A DNA stretch of 64,000 bases from an uncultured Dehalococcoidia bacterium (GTDB lineage: Bacteria; Chloroflexota; Dehalococcoidia; UBA6926): assembly GCA_964405845.1 (NCBI GenBank), contig CAYOPL010000009.1:24497-88496 (forward strand), read 5' to 3'. The translations under genes were made by a program, and so were the position numbers. The notes below the pieces were generated by a model, which searched no databases, was not told the origin of the DNA, and saw only the letters and a program-made list of their open reading frames with translations. The first letter of the stretch is position 1. Each line of letters starts with the position of its first letter. Positions 41,371 to 51,512 of the stretch are shown in pieces.

Positions 41371-42477
41371 CTAAAGCCCTCCTACTACTACGGTTGACGT
41401 GCCCGCACCGGTCACCGATTCATTGCTCCCCGTGTCGTCAACGAAGCTGACCCGCACCATGATGACCTTGCCGTTGTCTGATGCCTGAACCGTGTAGGAC
41501 TCATTGGTTGCGCCGCGGATTTCCACGCCGTGGGCCAGCCACTGGTAGCTGTATGACACGTTGTCCAAGCCGTCGGTGTCGGAAATACCGGAGGTGTCGG
41601 CCGTCAGGGTCAGCCCTGCCTGGGCCGTTCCGCTGATGACAGGGATGCCCGTTGCCGGGGTATTTGTCACCGTGACGAGCACCGGAGGGAACAGCTGACA
41701 GTTGTCCGCTGCTGCCGCCTCATCCGTCACCGTGTCCGCGCATGCGTAATAGAAATAGAAGCCGACTGCAGGCGGGGCTGTCAGAGTGAATGAACGGTTG
41801 CTCGCCGCCCCCGAGACGAGGGGTTCAACCAGGCTGTTTCCCAGTTCGGCATCAGAATCCGACGTGAGTATCACAGAGTTCCTGCCGCCTCTGTAGTAGC
41901 GGAGTGTGGTCGCCTCCGCATCCTCAATGCCATGGTTGGCCACGACGATAGACAGAGTGAGAGACCCACCGGGAGACGGGCTGTCGTCGCTCGTCGAGGC
42001 AACCCACGCAACCAGGTTTGGACCGGCCTGAGGCACGTGCAGCGTGGTAGGGGCGGAACAATTGTTGATGGCGTCAGACTCACCCGGTACCGAATCAACG
42101 CAGGCGCCGTAGTGGTAGGAGCCCGCCGTGGACGGCGCTTTCAGCCAGATCGATTTCCGGACGGAGTCTCCTGCCGCAATCGCCTCTATTGTGTCGGCGC
42201 CCACCTGCGTGTCCGACGCGCTGATCACGGTATCCCGGGAGCGGTAGTACCTCAGGGTGGTGGCCACCGATTCTCCGTCTCCGTCATTTCTCAGATCCAC
42301 ATGCAGTTGAAACGGACTTCCCGGACCAAAGGGGATGCCAAGCGCGTGTGAGGTCTGAACCGTCAAATCGGGAGCGGCGTTGGCGTGAATGGGCACATTG
42401 GCGGTCACCGCCAGTGCCAGGAGTACCCCGAGGGCAAGCGCAGCCCCCAGGAGCTTCGCCCGCTTACCAGCGCTCAT
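41371..42477 (-). CDS. secreted protein with two CARDB-like domains plus one copy of the ~98-aa repeat unit
   Basis: ATG at 42477. Signal peptide MSAGKRAKLLGAALALGVLLALAVTANV. Repeated GDGESVATTLRYYRS... and EDAEATTLRYYRGG... modules. C-terminal PATGIPVISGTAQAGLTLTADTSGISDTDGLDNVSYSYQWL repeat. Confidence 0.5.
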   Translation of the reverse strand: MSAGKRAKLLGAALALGVLLALAVTANVPIHANAAPDLTVQTSHALGIPFGPGSPFQLHVDLRNDGDGESVATTLRYYRSRDTVISASDTQVGADTIEAIAAGDSVRKSIWLKAPSTAGSYHYGACVDSVPGESDAINNCSAPTTLHVPQAGPNLVAWVASTSDDSPSPGGSLTLSIVVANHGIEDAEATTLRYYRGGRNSVILTSDSDAELGNSLVEPLVSGAASNRSFTLTAPPAVGFYFYYACADTVTDEAAAADNCQLFPPVLVTVTNTPATGIPVISGTAQAGLTLTADTSGISDTDGLDNVSYSYQWLAHGVEIRGATNESYTVQASDNGKVIMVRVSFVDDTGSNESVTGAGTSTVVVGGL

Positions 42478-42529
42478 CGAGGGCGCTCTGCCGACGTGGA
42501 TGCAATCACATCATTCGGAGGCCGGGAGC

Positions 42530-45500
42530 CTAGCCCCCCGGCCCCGGCACGGTGATGTCCAGGCGGCTAGACAGCATCCGCCCGTCGGCGGCGCAGATGG
42601 CGCCCTCGGCCTCGCAGTCGGTCGTGGCGGGCAACACGATGGTCACCGCGCCGTTCCCATCCGGCCGGACGCTGATCTCCCAGCGGATGTTGGGCGTCTC
42701 ACTCTTCCGGTCCAGACGCCTCGCCTTGGTCACCGCGCCGCCGGTCACCGTGAAGGCGTCATCCCGTAGAAGTCTGTAGCTGAAGGGCCTCTTCGGGGAC
42801 TCGCTGAGACGCAGTTCGAATGTGAAGACGGAGGAGCTGCCATCGTGAGAGGTGTCCGCATTGTGGATCGTTGCCGTAAACGGGGTCGACTGCTCCGGCG
42901 CTGCCGCCACCGCCGCCGTCGACGCGCTGGTCAGAACCTCGGGGTTGCCCGCGTCATCGGTGAACGACACCCGCACCGTGATCGTCTTATCCTCGTCCGC
43001 GTCCACGAGCGTGTAGCTGCTGCCCGTCGCGTTGCTGATGTCCACGTCGTCGGCCAGCCACTGGTAGGTGTATGACACATTGGTCAGGCCGTCGGAATCG
43101 CCGATGCCGGACGTATCCACCGTCAGGACCTCGCCCACCTGCGCGGCACCTGTGATGGCGGGCGCGCCCGTGGCGGGTGAGTTCTGTTGTTGGCCTGACG
43201 GACCCGGAATCACAGTCTCGGCCATTTCTGCAAGCATCCGCCCACCGGCGTCGCAGATGGCGCCTGCGAAGCCGCAGTTCGTCGTGGCGGGAAGCGCCAC
43301 GGTAACGTCATCGTTTCCATCCGGCCTGACGGTTATCTCCCAGCGGAGATCATTGCCCCGCTTCAGGCGTCTCGCTTTGGTGACCTCGCCGCCTGTAACC
43401 ACGAATGCGTCATCCTCCAGCGTCCTGTAGCTCAATCCCCTGGGCGATTCGTTGAAGCGCAGTTCAAAGCTAAACGCCGCGCTCCCGTCGTGGGACTCCG
43501 GCACATTAATCAAAGTTGCGGAGAAGAGCTGCTGCTTCACCGTGGCTCTCACCGTGACTCTCACCGAGTCCTCTGCGTATAGCCCCCCGCCGTCCGTCAC
43601 CCGCAGCCTAAAGACCAGCGTTGCATCAGCTGTCAAGTCTGCGGGCGCCGTGAAGGTTGGTGAAGACGCCGCAGGATCCGACAGAGTCACCGTGTTCCCG
43701 GACGTTTGCGTCCACGCATAGGACAGAACATCACCTGAGTCCGGATCTGTGCCTGATCCGCTAAGGGTCACTAAAGCGCCCCCCTCAACGTTCCGCTGGT
43801 CGGAGCCTGCATTCGCCGTTGGACGCTCGTTGACGTTTGACAGCCGTACTGTCAGCTCTGCCGAGCCTCCCCGTTCACCGTCGGAAACCTCCACGCGTAC
43901 CTCGAATACCCCGTCTCCATCGGCGTCGTACGGTGCCTCGAAGTTTCTCGGTTCAGCAAAGGAGAGCGCGCCCGATAGATCGATTATGAACATCGATTCG
44001 TCCGCGCCGCCCGCAGTCCACCACATCAAGTCTGCTGCGCTGCGGCCCTCGTGGGTCGCCCTCAACGCTGCCACGCCCGTTTGCCCCTCCGGAACCGTGA
44101 AGGAGGTCTCTCCGGCTACCTCCAATCCGTCCCCGAGATTCGCCCCGCCGAGCCTGCTCTTTTTGATGGCTTGGCAGACCTTGGGGAGCATGGCATTAAC
44201 CTGGGCTTCCGAAAACGCTACCGTAAATTGTTCGGTTCGTGCTCCATTCCTACCCCCGGCGTCTTCGCCAAAGGCATAGTTGGCGGTGTCCAACGCTCTG
44301 ATGGATTCCCGGTTTCCGTGGCCGAAATACAGACGCCGCAGCTGGATCAATTCGTCTTCCACGGTTGCCTGTCCGGCGGGGTAGAACAGGTACCAATCGA
44401 TTTTTCGATTAGATCGCACGGCGTCGTCGTTGTCGGTATTCCGGTACGCGCGGCGCACCTCCGGGTGTGTTTCCCACATGTCATTCAGGAGAAGGAACAG
44501 GAGGTTTCCGTCCATCGTGCCGGAGTTGAAGTTGTACTCGAAGTTGCCGCCCTCGGTAGCGCCGCTCAGGGCGAGGGTGCTTGAATAAGGAAGCAGGCCC
44601 AAAGTGTGTTCGCGACTCTCGCGGAACGGCGCGGTGACCACACTCGCTGCGTCGTCCGGATTGGGGGCGCAGACCGCCCGCTCGGCCAGCGCTGCGTAGT
44701 CGTCCTGTTGCTTCAGGCGTTCGAGGAGCATCTCCGCGTGGCGCAGGGACAGGAATATGGAAAGCTGCTCCGCGGGCCACAGGTACATAGCCATGCCGCT
44801 GTACCCTTTGAAGAGTCGGTTGCCCAGCCCCATCGTGAAGTCGGAACCTTCCAGGTCCAGCGGAACGATCCGTGGATTGGTGGAGGCCAACAAACCGCGC
44901 ATGGCCTCTTCCGTTTCGCTCCTGCTCCGGGAATCGCTGACACCGCCTTCCGCGCTCTCCCAAAACAGTCCCGACCACAAAGGTTTGCCAAGTTCTCCGT
45001 GGCAGGACTGGCAAGCCTCCGGTTGCCGTATCTCCAGCGAGTCGCCTGAGAAGTCGATCAGCCCTGCGGTCCAGCGTGTCTCCCCCGGCAGCAGGAACTC
45101 CACCGAACTCCTGAATTTGTCGGAGGCATCGGGGTTTGTCTGCCATGCGAAGACGAACTCGGCATCGGCGCCCCAACTGATCACCCGTGGGTGCTCCGTA
45201 GAGACGAACTCCGCGCCCAGCCCGGCGGAGTCATAAACAAAAACAAATCGTTCCTTATGCAGCTCAGGCAGCGCCTCGATGAACTGTTCAACAGTCTCCA
45301 CCTCATGCTCGGCCAGGAACTGCCGTATCCGGGCAATGCCCTCCACCTCTTCACCGTCCAACAGACCCTTGAAGCGGGACAGGTCGCCGAACATCCCGTC
45401 CGGCAGCGCGTCCATCGTGTTGTCGTGAAGCGTCAGCTCTTCAAGCAGGAACAGCGTGTCAAAGATGGTCGCCGGCAGCGTGGTCAACTGATTGTTGTCA

Positions 45501-45982
45501 AGGCGCAGTTCCGTAAGCAGGAAAAGCTCGTTGAACAAGCCCGCCGGCAGCGTGGTCAGGCTATTCCCGGAGAGGTCCAACGCATCGAGCCGGTGTAGCC
45601 CGCCAAAGTCTCCAACGCTCAAGCTCGCGATACCCTGATCGCTCAGATCAAGCTCAGTGATGTCCCGGAGGTGCAGGGAGGTTACCTCCCCGCATTCGGA
45701 TGCAGGGCTTGCCTCAACCAGGGCGTCTCGCACCGTCTCCGTGCGTTCGCACACCTCAACCCGGTAGTAATCGTCCACGTATGCAGCGCCGATCCCGCTC
45801 AGAAACGGAATCGACACGATAGTAAACAAGGCGAGAAGCGCAATTACGATGCCGAAGCGACTGGCTATCGGCAAGCCGGTCCCTAAAGACCTGAAGACGG
45901 TCACGCGGTTATCAGGCTCTTTCTGTCCCGAGCCCGCTGATTTGGTTGACCAAGCTGAACGGTGAAAAAGCCGGCGAATCAT
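42530..45982 (-). CDS. large surface protein (1150 aa) with N-terminal TM, leucine-rich repeats, cadherin-like region and two copies of the conserved ~110-aa C-terminal domain
   Basis: ATG at 45982. LRR units (LDLSGNSLTTLPAGLFNELFLLTELRLDNNQLTTLPATIFDTLF). C-terminal domains ...HDGSAAFSFELRFNESPRGLSYRTLEDDAFVVTGGEVTKARRL...ATTNCGFAGAICDAGGRML and ...TTDCEAEGAICAADGRML. Confidence 0.7.
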   Translation of the reverse strand: MIRRLFHRSAWSTKSAGSGQKEPDNRVTVFRSLGTGLPIASRFGIVIALLALFTIVSIPFLSGIGAAYVDDYYRVEVCERTETVRDALVEASPASECGEVTSLHLRDITELDLSDQGIASLSVGDFGGLHRLDALDLSGNSLTTLPAGLFNELFLLTELRLDNNQLTTLPATIFDTLFLLEELTLHDNTMDALPDGMFGDLSRFKGLLDGEEVEGIARIRQFLAEHEVETVEQFIEALPELHKERFVFVYDSAGLGAEFVSTEHPRVISWGADAEFVFAWQTNPDASDKFRSSVEFLLPGETRWTAGLIDFSGDSLEIRQPEACQSCHGELGKPLWSGLFWESAEGGVSDSRSRSETEEAMRGLLASTNPRIVPLDLEGSDFTMGLGNRLFKGYSGMAMYLWPAEQLSIFLSLRHAEMLLERLKQQDDYAALAERAVCAPNPDDAASVVTAPFRESREHTLGLLPYSSTLALSGATEGGNFEYNFNSGTMDGNLLFLLLNDMWETHPEVRRAYRNTDNDDAVRSNRKIDWYLFYPAGQATVEDELIQLRRLYFGHGNRESIRALDTANYAFGEDAGGRNGARTEQFTVAFSEAQVNAMLPKVCQAIKKSRLGGANLGDGLEVAGETSFTVPEGQTGVAALRATHEGRSAADLMWWTAGGADESMFIIDLSGALSFAEPRNFEAPYDADGDGVFEVRVEVSDGERGGSAELTVRLSNVNERPTANAGSDQRNVEGGALVTLSGSGTDPDSGDVLSYAWTQTSGNTVTLSDPAASSPTFTAPADLTADATLVFRLRVTDGGGLYAEDSVRVTVRATVKQQLFSATLINVPESHDGSAAFSFELRFNESPRGLSYRTLEDDAFVVTGGEVTKARRLKRGNDLRWEITVRPDGNDDVTVALPATTNCGFAGAICDAGGRMLAEMAETVIPGPSGQQQNSPATGAPAITGAAQVGEVLTVDTSGIGDSDGLTNVSYTYQWLADDVDISNATGSSYTLVDADEDKTITVRVSFTDDAGNPEVLTSASTAAVAAAPEQSTPFTATIHNADTSHDGSSSVFTFELRLSESPKRPFSYRLLRDDAFTVTGGAVTKARRLDRKSETPNIRWEISVRPDGNGAVTIVLPATTDCEAEGAICAADGRMLSSRLDITVPGPGG

Positions 45983-46307
45983 CCTTCACAGCCCCCTGCC
46001 TCTCGGCTTGAGTGTTGCGCCGTCCGTGTCTTGCGCTCCATGGCCTGCTCTCCGCCGGGAGCTTTCAAAGCAATACCCCAATAAAGAGTGGAAGCCGGCC
46101 GCGCCCCCGCCAAGATTCCTTTGAACACAACCCGGTGGGTGTTTTTGCGCTGCCGGCGGTATGTACAAACAAACCTGGCCTTCCCACACCCGTGCGCGCC
46201 CTGCGGCGATTCCCGCCCCGCCCTCAGAGGCAGCCGCGAGCAACTCACTTGGCTTGCGCCCTGAATTGACCCGCAAAACCGCTCCCATTCAGGCGCCTGC
46301 CGATGTC

Positions 46308-47378
46308 TTATTGTGTGCAGGTGATCTGCGGGCCCATGCGGAACCGCTGGCTATTGGTGTCGCTTGGAACGGTGCCCATGAACGGGTTGGCCTTGCTGGC
46401 GGGCCTTGAACCATCTGCGATGCAAGGCGTCTTCCGGAGGATCTTCCAGTTGGCTTCGTGATCGCAGCTATCCATGCCCGTGTTTGCGACCAGGTTACCG
46501 TCTACACGGCGGTGAGTGTCGCAGACCTCAATCGTATAGATTTTGCCCGGCCGGTCCGCGGCTTCGACAAGTTCTTCGAACTCGTCTTCGTCAGACAGAG
46601 GCGCCGTCGAGGATGACTGCTGGTCATCGTTGATGGTTACATCGTTGCTTGACTGGCCTTCGGGTGGCCCGGTTCCTGACTCAATGCATCCCGTGCGGTA
46701 ATACTGGGTAACAACGTGCTCATCAGGCTTCCCCCGGTTCACGGTGACCTCCATGGTGCCCCAGGAGTACTGCCCGCCGTGACACGTGCGGGTTGACTCA
46801 TACGAGACGACCGGTAGCCCGTCGACGGTTCCAGTGGTTCTTCTGGACACTATCGTCTCAGTCGGCTTCCCTTCACGGATTAACCCGCCGTCGGACACCT
46901 GGACCGTCACCTTACTGCCGCGGGTCGAGTCTGACGCCAGTCTGCTGTTCGATTCCGGATCCGGCGCATCCGGCTCCGGTGTCGCAATGGGATCACCACC
47001 ATCAGTACCCTTACTGACAACTCTCACGCCCTCCGTCTGCAACCTGGAGCAGTTACGGCTGACCGAAGCCGCAACGAACATGGCGATTGACGCCCGGCTC
47101 GGGTATCTGCCCGTTACCGTCACTGAACTGACGCCGGAGTCTCCCTCAGTTGGGCCGCCGGGGTACCAGACGGTGATCTTGCGGTCAGCGCCGCTGCACC
47201 GGTTGCTGAACGTCTTGTTGAACCCAGTTCCCGTCCTGACGGAAGGACGGTTGTCAGGAGTGGACTGCGCCTCAGCCTGCTGGACCATGAACAGCGCCGC
47301 TACTGCAATCATCACAACCAGGAACAGCAGAGACCACAGCGCCCATCCATGTCCGCTTGTCACTAATTTCGCAACCAA
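46308..47378 (-). CDS. secreted hypothetical protein, 356 aa
   Basis: TTG at 47378 with GGAAGGAGAAG 5 nt upstream. N-terminal signal/TM LWSLLFLVVMIAVAALFMV. Cys-containing and Thr/Ser-rich. Confidence 0.45.
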   Translation of the reverse strand: MVAKLVTSGHGWALWSLLFLVVMIAVAALFMVQQAEAQSTPDNRPSVRTGTGFNKTFSNRCSGADRKITVWYPGGPTEGDSGVSSVTVTGRYPSRASIAMFVAASVSRNCSRLQTEGVRVVSKGTDGGDPIATPEPDAPDPESNSRLASDSTRGSKVTVQVSDGGLIREGKPTETIVSRRTTGTVDGLPVVSYESTRTCHGGQYSWGTMEVTVNRGKPDEHVVTQYYRTGCIESGTGPPEGQSSNDVTINDDQQSSSTAPLSDEDEFEELVEAADRPGKIYTIEVCDTHRRVDGNLVANTGMDSCDHEANWKILRKTPCIADGSRPASKANPFMGTVPSDTNSQRFRMGPQITCTQ

Positions 47379-47590
47379 CTTCTTCTCCTTCCGGACCGCT
47401 TAAGGCCTGCCATCCTTGTCCTTCGCAACGGTGTGTTCCCGGATTGAATGGGGAGAAGATACAGACACCGGGGCAGATCGTGACCGGGCGGCTTCTTTCG
47501 GTTCAGTGCTCTATCGTTTCCTGACTGCTTCTCTGACCAGGAATAGTTTTCTTAATTCCTGAACTACTCTTATAGCAATGGGTCGAAACC

Positions 47591-47618
47591 GCTGTCTAGA
47601 TTGCTTTGCACACAGTTA
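47591..47618. promoter_or_regulatory. conserved 20-bp cis-motif AGATT[CG][CT]TTTG[ACT]ACACA[AG][CT][CT]; also at 40159-40178 and 46114-46133, upstream of three surface-protein transcription units and of the sensor-kinase gene
   Basis: agattgctttgcacacagtt (47599-47618), agattcttttgtacacaatt (40159-40178), agattcctttgaacacaacc (46114-46133). Copies A and B share a longer ~30-bp match (CCGCTGWCTAGATT...) and a second box CT(T)ATAGCAAWGKGGTC. Confidence 0.45.
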
Positions 47619-47857
47619 CATTTGAACCCCAGAAATCGCTTGAGAACCCGGATCACAGCTCACATTAATGCAGAGAACAGTGTGTATTTTTGTACTCTCA
47701 CTAGTATGTATATTGCTCTCTAGCCTTTTCTCGAAACTGAGAGTTATATTGAAACTGGACTTTCGTGCAGACCATGAGTCTTTCCCTCCACCTGCGCCAA
47801 ACAAGGCGGAGCGCTGCTCTAGCGCCTGCGCGTGACTGTGTTTGAGACGCGCCCGCT

Positions 47858-49123
47858 GTGCCGGGGGTGGATGCGGGGGCCGAGCCGGATTTCCTGATGA
47901 CGAAGGCAAAGACCATAGTGAAGCGGCTGGAGCCGCTGTTCGAGGCCGATGCCGAGGTGCTGCGCCACACAGTGTGGATCTCGGTCTGGGGGCGCTGGCT
48001 TATCTGGCTGGCCGGCGTCGCCATGCTGGCCCGCCGCCCGGACACCTGGTATCCCGAGCAGATCGAGTTCGTGTACCTAAGCGTCTCGCTGGCGGCTATC
48101 AACGGCCTCGTCCACTACCTGCTCCTGCGCAAGCGACCCGTGACGTGGCGATGGATGATCGCCCTCAGCGCTGCGGACCTGGCCCTGATCACGGCCAACG
48201 TCGCCGTGAACGTCGCCGCAACCGGCAACCCCGACAACCTCGTTTTTATCGCCTACTACCCGTCCCTTGCCATCTTCGCCGTGGTCTTCTCGTCGCTCCG
48301 GCTCGTTGTGGCGTGGGTGACGATGGCGGCCGTGGTGTACAGCCTGGTGTCGGTGACGGCGGGCCCCGGCATAGACCTCTCTGTGGGTCAGGACAACATG
48401 ATGCTGGCGAGGCTGTTCGTGATGTATCTCGTCACTGTGGGCGTCACCCTGATCACCCGGTTCGAGCGGGCCAGGCGGCAGGCTGCCCTGGCACGCGAGC
48501 GGCGGCTGCAGCAGGAGCGCGTCGAGCTCTCCCAGGCTATCCACGACACCAACGCCCAGACCGCGTACCTGATCGGCCTGGGCATCGAGAACGCGATGCG
48601 GCTGGCCGGGGACGCGAACCCCGAGTTGACCGAGCAGCTCGACGCAACGGCCGCGCTGTCCAAGTCGTCCATGTGGGAGCTGAGGGGACCCATCGACGTG
48701 GGCCGCATCTTCGAGGGACGGGACCTGGGCCGGGTGCTGGGGGCGCACACCTCCAACTTTTCCTCGATTACCTCCGTGCCCGCCGAGATGGCGCAGTCGG
48801 GGGAGGAGCCGCCGCTGCCCACCGATGTGAAGACGGGGCTCTTCTCCATCGCCCACAACGCCCTCGCCAACGCCTTCCTGCACGCGCGGGCGTCGGAGGT
48901 CAAGGTCGACTTGGAGTTCGGGGAGGACGGCGTGCGCCTGTCGGTCTCGGACGACGGCGTCGGCCTGCCGGACGACTACGCAGAGCGGGGCCGCGGCTTC
49001 AGCGGCATGGAGAAGGCGGCGGCGAGAATGGGCGGCAAACTAATCGTGCAATCGGGCGGACCGGATGAGGGGACGATCGTAACCTGCGTGGTCTCCCGCG
49101 AGTTTGCGGCAAGAGGAGACTAG
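47858..49123 (+). CDS. sensor histidine kinase (HisKA_3/NarX-DesK type) with polytopic N-terminal membrane domain
   Basis: H-box LSQAIHDTNAQTAYLIGLGIE and HATPase_c (LHARASEVKVDLEFGEDGVRLSVSDDGVGLPDD). Start is GTG 47858 or ATG 47897; neither has a clear RBS. Confidence 0.8.
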   Translation: MPGVDAGAEPDFLMTKAKTIVKRLEPLFEADAEVLRHTVWISVWGRWLIWLAGVAMLARRPDTWYPEQIEFVYLSVSLAAINGLVHYLLLRKRPVTWRWMIALSAADLALITANVAVNVAATGNPDNLVFIAYYPSLAIFAVVFSSLRLVVAWVTMAAVVYSLVSVTAGPGIDLSVGQDNMMLARLFVMYLVTVGVTLITRFERARRQAALARERRLQQERVELSQAIHDTNAQTAYLIGLGIENAMRLAGDANPELTEQLDATAALSKSSMWELRGPIDVGRIFEGRDLGRVLGAHTSNFSSITSVPAEMAQSGEEPPLPTDVKTGLFSIAHNALANAFLHARASEVKVDLEFGEDGVRLSVSDDGVGLPDDYAERGRGFSGMEKAAARMGGKLIVQSGGPDEGTIVTCVVSREFAARGD

Positions 49124-49125
49124 CG

Positions 49126-49815
49126 ATGTCATCGAACGAGGGAATCAGGGTGCTGCTGGTGGACGACCATCCCATCATGCTGGCGGGGCTTCGGCAGGTG
49201 CTGGAGGCTTCAGAGGGGCTGGAGGTCGTGGCGCAGGCGGCGGACGGTGTGGAGGCCATTGCCCGGGCGGAGGAGTCACGGCCTGACGTGATTGTGATGG
49301 ACGTGATTATGCCCAACAAAGACGGCGTGGATGCCTGCCGGGAGATCCTTGACCTGCTGCCGGGCACGAAAGTGCTGATGCTGACCGCCTCTTCGGAGGA
49401 CGACGCAGTGATTGAGGCGCTAGCCGCCGGGGCGACAGGCTTTGTCAAGAAGTACTCCGGGGGCGACGAGCTGGTAGAGGCCCTCCGGCATGTTGCGAGA
49501 GGCCAACTGGCGATTGCGGACGACGCTGTGCGCCGGGTCTTCGAGTTGATACGCAGCGGGAAGGTGATGACACCGGCCCCGAAGGTGCTGACCACGAGGG
49601 AACGGGAAATCCTTGCTCACTTCGCCAAGGGGAAATCGTACAGCAAGATTGGGGAGGATCTTGGGATAAAGATGGTGACCGTCAGGAACGCTATCTACCG
49701 GGTACAGGACAAGCTGGGCATGGAGTCCAAGCAGGAGATCGTGGTGTGGGCCGTGCGCAACGGCCTGCTGGGCGGGGAGAAGGAAGATGATGCTCAGCCG
49801 ACTGTGTGGGAGTGA
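49126..49815 (+). CDS. NarL/FixJ (LuxR)-family response regulator
   Basis: ATG at 49126 with GAGGAG RBS. Receiver domain (RVLLVDDHPIMLAGL...VIVMDVIMP) and C-terminal LuxR HTH (LTTREREILAHFAKGKSYSKIGEDLGIKMVTVRNAIYRVQDKLG). Confidence 0.85.
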   Translation: MSSNEGIRVLLVDDHPIMLAGLRQVLEASEGLEVVAQAADGVEAIARAEESRPDVIVMDVIMPNKDGVDACREILDLLPGTKVLMLTASSEDDAVIEALAAGATGFVKKYSGGDELVEALRHVARGQLAIADDAVRRVFELIRSGKVMTPAPKVLTTREREILAHFAKGKSYSKIGEDLGIKMVTVRNAIYRVQDKLGMESKQEIVVWAVRNGLLGGEKEDDAQPTVWE

Positions 49816-49993
49816 TAGCCCGATATGTAGATGAAGGCGGGTTGGGGCGTGATGACGTATCGACTCGAAGCGGGTATAGCGCAACTCGGTGATGCGTAGC
49901 CCCAAGATACTTTTGCTGCACTGCTTCATGAACTGGCGCCCAGCAGAGACCATGGGAAATGAGGCTTTGAAACCGGCTCCTATTAGCAATCCT

Positions 49994-50022
49994 TGACACA
50001 AGAACACCCGTTCTTTTACTCT
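49994..50022 (+). promoter_or_regulatory. sigma-70-like promoter (TTGACA-N17-TACTCT) with an embedded Cheo-type LexA box GAAC-N4-GTTC (agaacacccgttct, 50001-50014) upstream of imuB
   Basis: The sequence ccttgacacaagaacacccgttcttttactctg is directly visible. The palindrome AGAAC-ACCC-GTTCT fits the Gram-positive/actinobacterial SOS box. Confidence 0.55.
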
Positions 50023-50053
50023 GCCCCTTACCAATCGTTCGGTGGGGGAAGCG

Positions 50054-51499
50054 ATGCGGATTGCGTGCGTGCTCATCACGCATCTGAGGGCGAAGACCGA
50101 GATGCGGCGGCGGCCGGATCTGGCAGACAGTCCCGCCGTGATTGTCGCGCGCGGGCAGAAGAAGCCCCTCGTAGTCGACTACTCGCCCGCCGCGTCCCGA
50201 ATCAGCATCGGCATGACGCCGGAACAGGCGCTCTCCCAGCAGGCGGACACCCTAATCCTTGAGGCAGACGAGCCAACCTATCGCGGTGTCTTCCGACAGA
50301 CTCTCACTGCGCTGCAACAGGTCAGCGACCAAGTGGAGGACGCGGAACTCGGAACCGCTTACGTGCGGGTGGCCGGACTGGATGAAATGTATGGCGGCGA
50401 GGACGTGCTGTTCACCGCATTGCACCGGGCGGTCCCGAACTACCTTCAAGCACGCATCGGCGTTGGAGAGGGCAAGTTCCCCGCATTCGCCGCCGCCGTT
50501 GCCAGTCCTCCGCTCGGGGTCACCACCGTCCCGTCCGACGCCGCGAAGTTCCTGTCCCCACGCCCCGTTGATCTGTTGCCGATAAAGGGGGAAACCCGTT
50601 TTGGTCTGCACCGATTCGGCCTCCGCACGCTGGGTGACGTGGCTGCGATGTCTGAGGCCGTGTTGGTGGACCAGTTCGGAACTGAGGGCAGCGCGGCATG
50701 GCGGCTGTCGCACGGCAACGACGACGACCCTCTCATTCCGCTTGCTTATGAGGAATCCGTCTCGGAGCGCATGTCCCTCCCGTTCGCGTCGAGGTCCCTG
50801 GAACTCGTCACCGTCACGGTGGACGCCCTCCTTAAGCGAGCATATGACGCGCCGCGAATGCGCGGACGCTACGCCGGAGCCGTCACCCTCCACTGCCTTC
50901 TGCTTAACGCGCCTATGTGGGAGCGGACGGTGCGGTTCAAGCAGCCCGCCGGTTCATGGGAGCGTGCATCGGAGATCATGGCGACGCAGATGGCGCAAGA
51001 CCACCCACTTGCGCCCGTCGAGGAGGTCAGCGTAACGCTGAGGGACTTGGGCGGCGATGTAGGAATGCAGATGGGCCTGCTGCATGACTACCGGCGTGAC
51101 AGACGTGAGCGGCTGTTGGAGGCGGGCAGGGGACTCGGCGACCGTCTCAGGGGCGGCAGCGCCCTCTACCAGGTTCTGAACGTTGCGCCGTGGCACCCCG
51201 CGCCGGAGATGCGCGCCCTTCGGGTGCCCATCGATTCGTCCACGGGCGACGATGCGACACCCCTCGCCATGCCGACTGCGCTGGCCGTGCAGGAGGGTTC
51301 GAATCGTCAGCCGATGGCCGTTCAACTCGGCAAGAAGTGGCACAGAATCGTCAACATCGAAGACCGATGGAGCTTCGATCTCTGGTGGCTGCCACACCCT
51401 CTCACCCGAACGTATTACCGTGTCAGCCGCGAGGACGGCTCCGAGCTGATTCTGTTCCGGGATCGGCGCGACGACTGCTGGTACCAGCACGTGCCCTAG
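50054..51499 (+). CDS. imuB: ImuB-like Y-family polymerase paralog (mutasome subunit)
   Basis: ATG at 50054 (MRIACVLITHL...). DinB-like fold lacking obvious catalytic acidic residues. Immediately upstream of dnaE2 and downstream of the LexA box. Confidence 0.7.
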   Translation: MRIACVLITHLRAKTEMRRRPDLADSPAVIVARGQKKPLVVDYSPAASRISIGMTPEQALSQQADTLILEADEPTYRGVFRQTLTALQQVSDQVEDAELGTAYVRVAGLDEMYGGEDVLFTALHRAVPNYLQARIGVGEGKFPAFAAAVASPPLGVTTVPSDAAKFLSPRPVDLLPIKGETRFGLHRFGLRTLGDVAAMSEAVLVDQFGTEGSAAWRLSHGNDDDPLIPLAYEESVSERMSLPFASRSLELVTVTVDALLKRAYDAPRMRGRYAGAVTLHCLLLNAPMWERTVRFKQPAGSWERASEIMATQMAQDHPLAPVEEVSVTLRDLGGDVGMQMGLLHDYRRDRRERLLEAGRGLGDRLRGGSALYQVLNVAPWHPAPEMRALRVPIDSSTGDDATPLAMPTALAVQEGSNRQPMAVQLGKKWHRIVNIEDRWSFDLWWLPHPLTRTYYRVSREDGSELILFRDRRDDCWYQHVP

Positions 51500-51512
51500 A
51501 CACTGCCGTACC

